A stretch of 64,000 nt of DNA from NCBI RefSeq assembly GCF_009914755.1, contig NC_060940.1; one strand, given 5' to 3'. This stretch comes from the human T2T-CHM13v2.0 reference genome, Homo sapiens. The translations under genes were made by a program, and so were the position numbers. The notes below the pieces were generated by a model. The model was given only the letters and a program-made list of their open reading frames with translations. It made no database searches and was not told the DNA's origin. Of this stretch, positions 9,925 to 28,985 are shown in pieces (the first letter of the stretch is position 1; each line of letters opens with the position of its first letter).

Positions 9925-10395
9925 TTCCCGGATGGGGAAGATGGGCAGGGTCATGAAGATGGATGGGGCCATGTGGGTGGCCATGGGGGTGGGAGGGGCT
10001 GTGATGGTGGGAGGGGCCTGAAAGTGGGTGAGGCCACATGGTGGGAAGATGGGAGGGGCCTGAGGGTGGGTGGGGCCATGCAGATGGGAGGAGCCACAGC
10101 ATGAGGGTGGGATGGGCTGTGATGGTAGGAGGGGCCTTGAGAGTGGGCAGGGCCATGCAGTGGAAGGGGCCACCTGAATGGGAGGACCCAAAGCCATGGT
10201 GGTGGGAGGGGCTGTGGGTGAGGCCATGTGGTGGAAGGGGCTGTGGATATAGGAGGGGCCACATGGTGGGAGGAGCCACAGCTGAGAGAATGGAATGAGT
10301 TACGATAGTGGGAAGGGCCTCAAGGGTGGGCGGGGCCACACGGTAGAAGGGGCCTTGGGGACGGGAGGAACCACAGCCATGGGAGGGGATGGGCT
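9925..10395. repeat. G-rich degenerate tandem/low-complexity tract ((at)ggtgggaggggcc-like units)
   Basis: Recurrent gggaggggcc / atggtggg motifs. Confidence 0.85.
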
Positions 10396-10616
10396 GTGTC
10401 TGGATCTCTCCTTCCTAAGGAGGCTTTCAAGGGCTTCAGTCTTAACTTCCCACCCTCTTCTGTCCTCCAGAGGAAGGAGCAGGACCCTGGCTCCCCACTT
10501 CTGATTCCTGCACCCCCCACTCTTAACGCTTCTTCCTGCCCAGCGCCCCCGCTCCCTGTGAGTCCATCTTTCCCTCTCTCCCTTGCTTTCCCTTTCCCGC
10601 ATGGGGCCACACTCAC

Positions 10617-10798
10617 GTCCTGCTGCGAGGCCTGTGGGGAGAAGACCTTGTCCAGCTCGAAGGACACAGGCTTGCCCTTGTGCAGCAGGTGGATGATGGA
10701 GTCGTCGTCGGCATCGAAAGTCACAGCATTGGTGGCCTCAGGTCCTTCCCCATCCTCTTTGGTGACTGGCCGGACACGAGCAATCACTCGGATGTTCC
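10617..10798 (-). CDS. KIFC3: KIFC3 motor start exon (GNIRVIARVRP...FELDKVFSPQASQQD)
   Basis: Kinesin-14 GNIRV motif; canonical splice sites. Confidence 0.98.
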
Positions 10799-12031
10799 CT
10801 GGATTGGTTGGGGATGGGGAAATGGGTCCAGGCCATGTCAAGACCAGTCTCCATTCTGGTCCACTGGTGTCCCAGGCAGACTAGTTGACCTAGGAGTCCC
10901 CTGACTTTTAAGCACAGCCCCCTAGGGGAAGGGGGCCCACAAAGCTGTTATCCGTCATTCACACTATAGTATGAATTCACTTAGTACATTTCTTCTTGAA
11001 CAGACCAGTTGACTGGGGTGGAGCTCTGCCTTGGGGATGGGGAGGAAAGGTCAGTTGTGGGGCTCAAGCACTGCACCCCGTCAGGGTGAGACACCAGAAC
11101 GGACACTCTTTTTCTCCCTGGACTTCAGTTTCTTCATCCAGACAATGAGGGGCTTGGGCCCCAATGAGCAAAGAGCCTTGTCCTGAATGGCAGGACAGGG
11201 CTTAGGAATCAGATGGGCATATAGGCCCAGGCAGCAGGTGATGACTGGTGGTGTATCTGAGGGCCCAGATAGTGGGGCAGCCACAGGGGTATCTGGCAGC
11301 ATGAGCTGGTCATGCCGCCATCTACTTCCAGCCTTTGTTGGGATCCCTGTGCTCTTGGAATGAAGAGGAAACACCCCCCACTGCCAGCATGGCCCACCTG
11401 CCCTCCCTTTTCACCCATCCGTTCCAGCTCACTGTCCAGGTCTCAGCTCTAACTTTGCCTTCTCTGGGAAGCCCCTCAACACACTTGCCTGTCCCATACC
11501 CAGGAAAGCCTGTCTCAGCCCTGGAAGGGGGCAGGGTTGGGGTTCCCTGACAATCATCATTGTTGATTCTCACACTAAAGTGTGCACCGGGAGGCAGTCT
11601 GTGGGGCCACGACCATAGCCTCGGGCTGGAACGGCACCTGGCACAGAGCAGGCACTCTAGAGCTCCATGCAGTGAATGGTGGAGTCTCAAGCTTGACCAG
11701 GCCCCAGGTCAGAATAAGCGGCTTTCCAGCTGCCACCAACCCAATGCTGCAACACCACACCCCTCGGCTACCCAGGGCCTGGGGAGTCACCTGCCCAGGC
11801 ACTGGGGCCAGGGCTTCTGAGCTGGACAGACTCAAGTTCAAATCCAAGGCAGACCATTTAATATCCATGTGGCTTTGAGCAAGTTCCCTGCCTTCTCTGT
11901 GCCTCTGTTTCCTTATCTACAGAGATAGGATTAGAATAGTGCCTCAATGGTGGGGTGAGCTCCAAGCATGACTGCCAAGCCAGGTCGAGGACCCCGAGGC
12001 CAGCGCCCACCCCCAGCCCTCCTGCAGTCAC

Positions 12032-12143
12032 CTTTCAGCCGCACGAGCTCATTGTGGCACTTCTTACGCAGCTGCAGCTCGCGGCGGTACTTGCGCAGCA
12101 GCTCCTGGTTGTTGCTGTTGACCTCCTCGATGGCCTGGCCTAT
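12032..12143 (-). CDS. KIFC3: KIFC3 neck exon (IGQAIEEVN...RKKCHNELVRLK)
   Basis: Kinesin-14 neck RKxxHNxLxxLKG; canonical splice sites. Confidence 0.97.
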
Positions 12144-12689
12144 CTGGTGGGGGGTGCACACCACTGTCAGGGGGACGGCTCCATCAGCCTTACCGGCCTG
12201 ACTGCCCACCCCTGAGGGGTGCTCACTGCCTCCTGCCCCTGGCTGAGTACCTGACACACGCTGTCACATGTCAGACTGTCCCAATCACCCCTCTGGGTAG
12301 GTACTGCTACCATCCCCATTTTACAGATGATGAAACTGAGCCGCAGACACTAAGCTGACAGCTTGAGGCTGCTCTGCTAATAAGCATAGAGCCAGGACTC
12401 AGCCCTCCACACCACAGCACTAGTGCTTGACTATGTGATTCAGCCAGACTCAAATTCCAACTCTGCCCCTGAGTAGCTGGGGACCTGAGACCACTGGCTC
12501 AATGTCTTTAAGCCTCAATTTTCTCATCTGGAAAGCAGGGATAATACCATCTAACTCATGAATCTGTAAAGATCTCCCAGTTACATTTCACAGGTGGAAA
12601 AAAGATGCAAAATCACACATACAGTATCACACTGTACACAAATCACACATCCCCTTTCTGGAGTAGAAGGGAAGTGTATACAGTGTATA

Positions 12690-13660
<971 letters not shown>

Positions 13661-13665
13661 ATATT

Positions 13666-13667
<2 letters not shown>

Positions 13668-13718
<51 letters not shown>
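13668..13718. repeat. (CA)n microsatellite, ~25 units
   Basis: Direct reading. Confidence 0.97.
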
Positions 13719-13721
<3 letters not shown>

Positions 13722-14043
13722 TGGCTTAAGCATGCTCAGAACAGTCGGGGGAAATGCTGAGAGGCCACATTGGAAGAGTTGGGTGGGTGGCAGAGAGGCC
13801 TTTCCTATTCACCTGATGCCCTGCTATGGAGTTTGACTTTTCACCACGTCCATGTATTACTGATATAGTCTTTTAAAGGAGAAGAACTATATTCTGTTCC
13901 CAAAATATATTAGTCTTTGCAAAGCTATCATACAAATTCAAGGAGCTAACGGCTATAAACAGCTCGACATGTAGGAGGCACTTAAGAGGCACTGGTTATT
14001 CTCATATGTACAAGTACAGCTTGAAAGAATTAAGTTAAACCTA

Positions 14044-14512
<469 letters not shown>

Positions 14513-14772
14513 CTGCATGTTTGAAATATGAAGTTATCTGTAACATGTTTGGTTTAAAGAATCATAGTAAGACAAATAGCCGAATGCCTGCCCTGAGCAG
14601 TCTAGTTTCAAACAGGGCCTATAAGGGCAGCAGTAAGTGTCATGGGGGGTGGGGCAGGGGCTGCTGTCTGAGCGGCTTTGTCTGAGCTTTGGAGGGACGC
14701 CCTGAGTGGATGTCGTGCCTCTCCCAGTGCACCCCCTTAGCCTGGACCCTCCCACCCACTGCCCTCGCTCAC

Positions 14773-14903
14773 CTCGGCCTTGACACTCCTGAGGGCCTCC
14801 TGCAGCAGCAGTGGGAAGCCGCGCACCTGCCGCTTGAGCCCATTGTAGTCGTTGGTGAGGGTCCGCAGTGCCGGCTGCAAGGTCAGCAAGTTGGTCCGGA
14901 CGC
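14773..14903 (-). CDS. KIFC3: KIFC3 coiled-coil exon (VRTNLLTLQPALRTLTNDY...VKAE)
   Basis: ccatag / GAG|gtgagc; phase [10 protein letters not shown]. Confidence 0.94.
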
Positions 14904-14985
14904 CTATGGGGACACTCGGGCTGTGAGGCGGGAGGGGATGAGGGGTCGCGGCGTGGGGCAGACAGGGCCCAGCTGGTCAGCTCAC

Positions 14986-15133
14986 CTGCTAGATTCTCGT
15001 GCACAGCCTTCATCTCCACCTGGGCTCTGGCAAAGGCCTCCTCAATGGCCCGGTTCTTGTCCTCTTCCAGGGACTGCATCTCCTCCAGCATCTGCCCATG
15101 GGCCCGCTCCAGCTCTGACTCGTACATGGCAAT
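14986..15133 (-). CDS. KIFC3: KIFC3 coiled-coil exon (IAMYESELERAHG...HENLA)
   Basis: ggccag / CAG|gtgagc. Confidence 0.95.
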
Positions 15134-15704
15134 CTGGCCAGACCAGGAAAAGGCTCAGTACCTCGAGGTGCGGGAGGGAGAGGGGCAGGTGCCACACCGA
15201 GAAAGAAACTGGTCACCTCCCATGCACATGAACACACATGCACACACACATGTGCACACCCAGAGGGGCAGAATGGCCTTGTCTCCCTCCCCCTACAGGG
15301 CTGTGAGCTCTGGGCATTGGCTCCAACACCAACCCAGTGCTGAGCACACATCAGGTGCCCAAGCCACGTGCCCTCAGGAAGGTAGGAGAGGGCCTCTGTG
15401 ATGACAGTGACAAGTGCCATGTAGAGCTTACTGAGCACAGCCTGTGTGCTGGGCCATGGGCACAAAGCTTCTTGGGATGACGTTCCTGAGTCCCCACTGT
15501 GAGGTGGGTTCTGGGACCAGATCGTGTTATAATAGATGAGGAAAAGGAAACCAGACAAAACTTGCCCTGGGTCCCGTGGCCATCGGGGAGAGGAGGGACT
15601 GGACCCCGTGTCTGTGGGGTACCCAAATGTTTAACCGATGCATTGGCCCAAGGGCCTGCCTCTGGCTTCCTGGCTGGGCATGTGCCCCCACACAGCCTGG
15701 GTAC

Positions 15705-15878
15705 CTGCGCCCGGAGCCGCGCGGTCAGCTGGTGTGAGCTCTGCAGCTGCTGTTCCATCTCCTTCAGCACCTGCCTCTGCATAGCCACCTGCTCCTGCAG
15801 GTGCTGGTTCCGGGCCTGGGACTCGCTGAGGGCCTGCTTGGTCTTGGACGACTCCACCTCCACTGTCTTGATGACATA
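15705..15878 (-). CDS. KIFC3: KIFC3 coiled-coil exon (YVIKTVEVESSK...RLRAQ)
   Basis: ctgcag / CAG|gtaccc. Confidence 0.95.
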
Positions 15879-16375
15879 CTGCAGGGTGAGGGAGGAATGG
15901 CACGTGGAGCCAGCGGGCACCGTACCTCACCCAAGAGCCTGAGACGCAGCAGGCCAGGGGAAGGAACTCTCGGGAACATCCCACTCAGAAACCAGAAAAA
16001 AACTAGAGGAGCCTTGAGGTCCTGGCTTTCCAGAAAGCTGGGGGGGTCTCCTGGAACCTTCTCAGCTTAACAAGAGGCTACTATGAGCCTGGCTGGGGCC
16101 CCATCCTGGGTACAAACAAGAAAGGCAAAAAGACGAGGGCAGAATCCAGGGGCTGCGCTGCATCTGTGCCTGGCACCTCAGCTGTTGGATACCTACTCGG
16201 TGCCTGGCCCTGGATACAGGAAGGGGAAGGGGCAGGACCAAGCACAGAACTGGAATGATTCTTCCACCCACACACACCTACCTATTCACCAGGACAAGCC
16301 CCCCTTATGGGCTGGCCCTGCCCCAGGTGCCAGGGGCCTTGGGCTGAGGCACAGATCAGGTGGGCCAGGGCTCAC

Positions 16376-16615
16376 CTTGACAGGTGGGGACTGGGCCCGC
16401 AGGCTGGCAATGGTCTCGTGGCTGTCACGCAGGCGCCGACTGAGCCGCTCCTCCTCCTGTGCCTTCTCAGCCAGGCAGTCCTTGAGTCGCAGCTCCACCT
16501 CAGCCAGCCGGTCGGTCTTCTGCTGCACCTCTAGGTTCAGCTCTGACAGCATGCCTTTGCTTTCCGCCATCTCCAGCTGCAGCTGGGACAGCTTGTCACG
16601 GAGCTGGGCGCTCTC
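16376..16615 (-). CDS. KIFC3: KIFC3 coiled-coil exon (ESAQLRDKLSQ...QSPPVK)
   Basis: ctgcag / AAG|gtgagc. Confidence 0.95.
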
Positions 16616-16720
16616 CTGCAGCCATTGGGAGGCACTGGATGAGTGCAAGGGACAGGCTCACTGTGAGGAGCTGGGGTGGCCCTCCAGGACCAGCATGGGG
16701 ACCACGGCCATTCTGCTCAC

Positions 16721-16864
16721 CTGGCTGTGCTCACAACCTGGGCAGGGACCTGCTGGCTTTGTGCGCAGCTCTTGCAGCTCGGCCTCACAGCGCCGCATCT
16801 CCTGCCTCAGTCGCTCATTCTCCACCATCAGCAGGTCCCGGTGCTTCTCCAAGTCGGTGCCCCC
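16721..16864 (-). CDS. KIFC3: KIFC3 exon (GGTDLEKHRDLLMVENERL...EHSQ)
   Basis: ctgcag / CAG|gtgagc; contains internal ATG at 16828. Confidence 0.95.
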
Positions 16865-17400
16865 CTGCAGAGAGCCAGGGCCGAGGGGGCGCATGTGGCG
16901 AGGGCAGATGACGGGGGAAAGAAGAGAGGCCCGCGGAGATGGCACAAGGGCAGGGAAGAGAGGAGAGGTGTGGAGAAAGGCAGAGGGAAGGAGAAAAAGA
17001 AAAAGAAAAAGGCAAGGGCAAGAGAGGAGGGAACAAGCTCAAGAGAGAAACCAAGAGAAAGACAGTGGAGGGCAGAGTTGAGAAGGGTGGTGACCCAGAG
17101 CCTGCTCTCCCTGCTGCCCCCACCCTATTCTGAGTGTGAAAGTCACAAGGAGAGACATATTTATACCAGGGTTCACACTCCCGTTTAATGTCAGCAACAG
17201 AGAAGGAACCTCCCACCCCCTGGAGCCACAAGGCCTCTGAGGGTACTAGGAGGTGGGGATAAGGCTCTCGGTGTGTTTCTGAGACAGGGTGGGATGTGCG
17301 GGCTCAGGAGAGAGAGGGTCGCACCCCTGCCCCTGGCAGGGCCCATCTGCACAAGGCAGGCCAGGCCCTGCGCTACCCCAGGACAGCCTTGTGGCCTCAC

Positions 17401-17466
17401 CAGCTCAGATCGCAGTCGGCTCACTTCCTGGGCCTGGCTAATGAGCTTCTCCTTCAGGTGTTCTAC
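17401..17466 (-). CDS. KIFC3: KIFC3 exon (VEHLKEKLISQAQEVSRLRSEL)
   Basis: ccacag / CTG|gtgagg. Confidence 0.95.
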
Positions 17467-17530
17467 CTGTGGGCACAGAGTCAGGAGCAAGGTGAGCCTC
17501 AGTCCTCAGCTCCAGCCTACACCCAGGCCT
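17467..17530 (-). ncRNA. MIR6772: 5'-tailed mirtron hairpin MIR6772
   Basis: Arms UGGGUGUAGGCUGGAGCUGAGG (17525-17504) and UUGCUCCUGACUCUGUGCCCACA (17490-17468) pair and end at the intron AG; name recalled from memory of these arm sequences. Confidence 0.8.
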
Positions 17531-18624
17531 CCTGCCCAGCACCAGGGATGACTGATGTGGCTGTGGCTTCTTCTAAGGCTGTGGCCTTAGGTTCCCCTAT
17601 GTTCAAGCATCCCATCACACCTGGGACTTCAGGTGAGAGAAACCTGGGCTGGTGCTGACAGCCTCCCGCACCCTCTCCCTCCACAGGACAGAGCCAACCC
17701 CAGCTCTTCAGGAAAGCCCAGAGGGCAAGTGCAACCAAGGCCACCCCGATGCCCCCTGGGCCCACCCAACGGCAGCCCACCCTCAGGACCCCTCACTACA
17801 CGAGCCCCTCCCAAAGTCCTGTACCTGCCTGTGTCTATGTAATTTTATGTTCTCTCTCTTTAAAAGGGCCCCCAGATGGTACATACTCCAGGTCCTCCGA
17901 GCCCTAGATCCACCCTGGCCCAGCCCCCAGAATTTTCCACTTGGGGTGGTCTCTGGCAAGTCAGCCTGTGGAGATGGGTCTGCCAGTGGTCAGGGCACAC
18001 TCAGAACCTGTGTCCACCCCTGCTCCCAATCTGCCTTGCAGGAAAGCTGTGGCAGCCAAGGCTGTTATAGGGGGAAGGGGGTGTGCACCCCATGAGGAAG
18101 CCACGGTTACCTAGCTTATCCGGACCCCAGAAGAGGGGACACCATCATGGTGCCAGTCCCATGAGGGCAGATCCCAGGGGAGCAACCCTTCCCCGGCGCT
18201 GTCCTCCAGCCACCCATCCCCTCCCAAGGCCCTAGACCCTGGTCTCACATCAGCCCACCCCCAGAAACCTCTCTCAGGAAACAATTCACAGACACAGACT
18301 TTGGCTCCAGCTTCCGTCAGGGCATGTTTAGGACTTTTCTTGCAGAACGTCCTGTGGTGAGCAACCCCCACCTCGGGAAAGGTGCGCTAAGAGCCAGATT
18401 CCTGTGTGGTGGTTTAGGAGGTTTACACAGCTGGGTTCTCATTACTAAATGATAGGCAACAACGTCCACTGATTACAGGGGACAGCCAGGTAAGGCAGGT
18501 GAGGGGCTGTGCAGGGCTTGGCTCCCAAGAACCCTTTAAGAAGGCGGCCACCACGTACTCTCCTCGGACGACAGGAGGTGAGAACGCACACCCAGCATCG
18601 CCAAAATTCTCATCTTTCAAGAGA

Positions 18625-18845
18625 GGCCTAGGCCAGCCTGAGCAACACAGCAAGACCCCATCTCTACAAAAAGTTTCAAAACTCAGCCGAGTGCACCAGT
18701 GCACGCTTATAATCCCAGCTGTAATCCGGGGGGTTAGGTGGGAGATCACCTGAGCCCAGGAGTTTGAAGCTGCAGTAAGCTATGATAGCATCACTGTACC
18801 CCAGGGTGACAGAGCGAGGCTGTCTAAAAAAAATAAAATAAAAAT
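18625..18845 (+). mobile_element. Partial Alu
   Basis: Alu motifs and A-tail. Confidence 0.8.
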
Positions 18846-19672
18846 AGAGGCTTAGAGTCCGCCCCCTTAGCACTCAGCAGCATGCATCAGCCATAGTTAA
18901 GACAGGCCGGACATTTGGATTTTGGGGGTGTGTGTAAAATCTCCCTACTTTACATGGTTGAGATGTCATCAAACAAGTCTGTGTCATCAAACAAGGTAGT
19001 GTTCGGCCTCGGAGGTCCCTGTCTCCCAGGGTGGGAGAGAACGGCTGACTCACAGCAGCTAGGCCAGCTCTGAGTGGTCAGGGAGGAAGTGGACCAAGGG
19101 ATCCACCCCCACCTCTGAGGAAAAGGCCAGGGAGCTGGCACTGCCTGCTCTTGGTGGGGCAGGGGGATTCCAAGATGCAAGACCCAGGTGAAAGGCTGGG
19201 GGCCCAGCCAGGCCTCCTGGGGGACAAGCAGGTGACCCAAGGGCCAGACCCCTGGAGGTCAGCTCTGCCGCCACCTGCACAAACACATTCCTTCCTAGCA
19301 ACACGCTGGGCCACGGGCCAGGCAGGGAGGCAGAGCTTGTGCCACTTCTCTGCCCGCTCAGTGCCTGATGAGAGGACGGCTCAAGTCCTTGGCCCCTCGG
19401 TGGGAGTAGGGACAGTTTGCATGAGGCAGCCTTTCCGCTTTCGTCCTAAAATTGAGAATACCCTGAATAAGCACCCTTAGAGGAGTGGGCAGGTGAATTA
19501 CAATGTGTATATATAGTACATAGACTATTCTGTCATCATTACATTCATGTTTATCAGGAGTTTTAAATGTCATGGGGAAAGGCTCATCAACATATTAAGT
19601 CCAAGAAACATCTGAAAAACCATTAAGTGTACAGCACTAAAAAGTGGGGGTCTCTGGGCTGTGGAATTATAG

Positions 19673-20002
<330 letters not shown>

Positions 20003-20805
20003 AGTAATTTTTCAGTCTCAAAGAATACGTAATTCCTACTCTCCCTACCCTGACATAAGTGAACTGACTTCCTCTTCAAAAGGTTGAAGTCTCCTTCCAC
20101 GCCCCCTCCCTCCCCAGAAAGGCTGCTGCCTCAGCATGGGGCTGGGCGCACTAACCTTGATCATCTCCACTGCCGCCCCTGCCAGGCACTCAGACCCTGA
20201 TGCAGGGAGAGTGGGGTTTGCCAGTGTTTGCTGGGGGTGGGAGGCGGGATACCCACCAGCCACCTGCCTGCGGCCCAGGGTTCTGTTCTGTCCTTGCATC
20301 ACAATGGGAACCTGGGGGCTCCTGGGCTCTGTCCAGAATCTCAGAGGGGCACCCAAAAGGAAGTGGCCGCAACCGCAACCAGGGCAGGCTGGGGAGCATG
20401 GGGGATGGTGAGGGAGTTGAGGAAGGGGCTCTAAAGGCCCCTTTGTTCAGAGGTGTCAGACACTAGGTCATCTCTGGCTTCTTGAGGGCAGCAAAGCAGG
20501 GGGAATGTGACTGAGACGCAGCAGACTGGCACCACGAGCACTCTGGCCAAGGCACCAGTGGCCTGCTCCGTGGCAGGTGGTTGGCCAGCTCTACTGGGGG
20601 CTAGGTCTCGGGCTTGTAGGGAAGATGTCTGCTTTCTCCTGCACTTGAAGGCAGGCAATCTCTCAGAGTTAGGGAAAACAGGCAAGAAGTCAGAGAGAAA
20701 CGGAGGCACCTGGGGAAAGCGGATGGAAGATGGCCTGGGAGCAGTGAGAGCCAAGAGCAGGCAGGGCCTTCCTCAGGGAAGACTGAGGGCCCTTCACACA
20801 CTCAC

Positions 20806-20835
20806 CGCAGCTTCCAGCCAGCAAGGGCCGTCCAT
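20806..20835 (-). CDS. KIFC3: Putative alternative KIFC3 first coding exon (MDGPCWLEAA)
   Basis: gacATGg Kozak, GCG|gtgagt phase-0 donor compatible with exon 17466. Confidence 0.5.
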
Positions 20836-22149
20836 GTCTCTAAGCCCAACAGGGGAGGGTCCCGAGTGCCACCCTGGGCCCGATACATACTTGTGGCCAC
20901 AAAGGGGCAGCAGGCACATGCCTGAGCCCAAGACACAGGACGGAGGAGAAAGCAGACTCCCCACTAGGCGGCTGAAACGGTCCCAGGACAGCATGGACGT
21001 CAATCCAGGGCTGAGGACGGACCAGGCTGGGGCTGTGCGACACTCCTCCCGGGCCCAGGCTCCTCATCAGCCAGAGCAACTGAATCACGGGCCTGCTGCA
21101 GGGGGCGTCACCCTGCCTGCTCAAGGGGAAGAGGGAGCTGGGCCTGTCTGCCGGCTTGACACCACCTGCATTTACACTTCACAGGCAGAAGCGGCTCGAC
21201 CAAGGGTGGGGCCAGCCAGCCCAGGTCTTTGTGTTTTCTCAGCTGTCTGCTTCCAAGGCGGCCTCTTACCATCACAGAAAGAAAACCTGCTGGTTACCTC
21301 CTTACCTCCCACCAAGCCCAGTCAACGATCATCAGCTGTCTGCTGAGGAAAAGCGGGCTCTCCCAGGCTGAAGCTGCTGAGCTGGGAAGGCCAGAGGGTC
21401 TGGGATCCAGACAACCTCAAGGAAACTCAGCCCAGAGGCCAGCGGGGCGGCCCTGGGAGCACACCCTGTGGAGCCCACAGAAGGCCTGATCCTGGCTGTA
21501 TGACCACCGGCCAGGCCTATCTGTCCCCTGTCCACGCCACCCTGCCTCTGTTGCCAAGTCTTCACCTCTGGGTCCTTCCGCCACTGATGGGCAGTAATAG
21601 CAGCTGACAATTCAAATTCTAAAGCCAGGCTGCCCAGGTTCTAATCCAGACATCCCCTTACCTGCTGGGTAACCTTGGACAAGTCTCTTAAGTTCTCTAT
21701 GTCTCTTAGTTTCCTTATTTGTATAATGAGGCTACCTCATGGAAGCTGTCTCGAGGATTAAACGAGATGATATATGCGAAGGCAGGGATTTTTGTCTGTT
21801 GTGTTCAGCACTGTACTCCCAGTGCCTGGAACAGTGCCTGGTACACAGTAGGTGTTCAGTAAGTACCTGTAGGAAGAATGCTGAATGCATGAGGGGCCAG
21901 CCAGAGCAGAACTTGTGGATGAGGTTGGTAAGCAGAGACAGAAAGGGTGGTGGGGCTGGAGCGTGCTAAAGGATGGTCACCTCCACCAAAGGCAGGAGCT
22001 GCCACTAGACCTCAAGCGGTGGGTGCCATGTGGGAATGTCAGCTCAGAGGTGCCACATCTTCCAATATTTTATGACAAAAAGGAAGTCTAGAGTTTTATG
22101 TGAATTTAATTAAGATTTGAATGTTGGAATTAATTTGATTTTAAAAGCA

Positions 22150-25770
<3,621 letters not shown>

Positions 25771-25814
25771 AGAAGGCAGCAGCCAAACAAGACACATTTG
25801 AGGGCAAGATCTAG

Positions 25815-26500
<686 letters not shown>

Positions 26501-27836
26501 AGGAGTGTAGTGAGGTCTGGGCAGCATGTCACATTATTGGGAACTTCAGGAACCTTGAGGCCATGGCTCTAGGGACATTCACAAGAGGACAGGGGAACTC
26601 AAGGCCAGCAGGACATGGCCTGGGACTGTTGTTAACAACACTGGGGAGGGTCATCCCAACAGCCACAGCCTCCTGTGGTCACCAGACCAAGATGAGCAGC
26701 CTCTGTGGCCTGGGTCAGCTGGGTGCTCAAGGACTATGGGCCATTGGCCCAACTGCTCTCAGTAAATACAAACACCTCCTCCACCTGGCACAGCAATGAG
26801 GAGGTCTGAGAAGACTCCTGAGCTCCCACAAGCCCAGGTCCCAACAGTGATAATGGAGCCCCGTTAACTGAGTTGGCTTTGCCAGTAGGGCAGGGGGATT
26901 TCATAAGACCATTTTTCATCCCCTATTCCCCTGAGGTAGGTACTATTATTATCCCCATTTTACAGGAAGAAAAACTGAGCTCCTAAGAGGTTAAGCCTTG
27001 GTTAGGCAACTTACTTGAGGTCACCTGACCAGTAAGTGGTGGACCTAGGACCGGAACTCGCATCTGGCTGACCCTTGCAGAACCCTCACCCTTAACCATG
27101 GGGCCACACAGCCTTGCAGGAACAGCAGTGTGAGAAAGCAGCCGATCAGAAGCCAGTGGTGGATAGGGCTGGAAACACGGCACCATGGAAAACAAGGCAG
27201 AGTGTACCCCCTGGCGGGCTTTGCTTAGAGAGGCAAAGTTCAGAATTCCAGGAAAGTCCAAGTCTGAGTCAAACCACAGTGAGGCCAGCAGGAGACCAGG
27301 GCACACGGGAGTGACAGCTCACGATGCACCACACATTACAGTTGACCATCTTTTTTCTGTCCATTCTTACAACAGATCCACCCCCAAACTGCAATGCGAC
27401 ATTTGTGAGCCCCAGTTTAGAGACTGGGAAGTGAAGGCTCAGAGAGGAAGTGACTTCCTACAGCTGCCCAGCTGGCACATGGCACAGCCAGAATAGAATC
27501 CTGCTCACGGGATTCCAAATCCAAAACTCTCCCAGTAACAACAATGGTGGTGGCCACAGCAACACCAATGACTCACTAGGGATCATCTCATCACACCCTA
27601 TTATTACATCCATCTCACAGATGAGGAAACTGACCTGCAGAGTGGTAATTAACTGTCCCAAGGTCACACAGCTAATAAGTAGTGCCAAAGTCAGGGTTTG
27701 AACCCAGCTCCAGGCCCATGTGGTTGGCCACATCTCCACAAGGTCGGGCCCTCCAGAGTATCTCAGAGACCTGGAGCTTCAGATACATCCCCTGAGAAAT
27801 TTCCAGAAAAGAGCTGCAGTCAGAAGGTTCAAGGAC

Positions 27837-28985
<1,149 letters not shown>

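Noticed and set aside
9862-10339. Pro/His/Thr-rich ORFs
   Set aside because: Translations of the G-rich low-complexity tract
16083-17081. 332-aa + strand ORF
   Set aside because: Antisense shadow of KIFC3 coiled-coil exons plus a purine-rich intron; no independent gene structure
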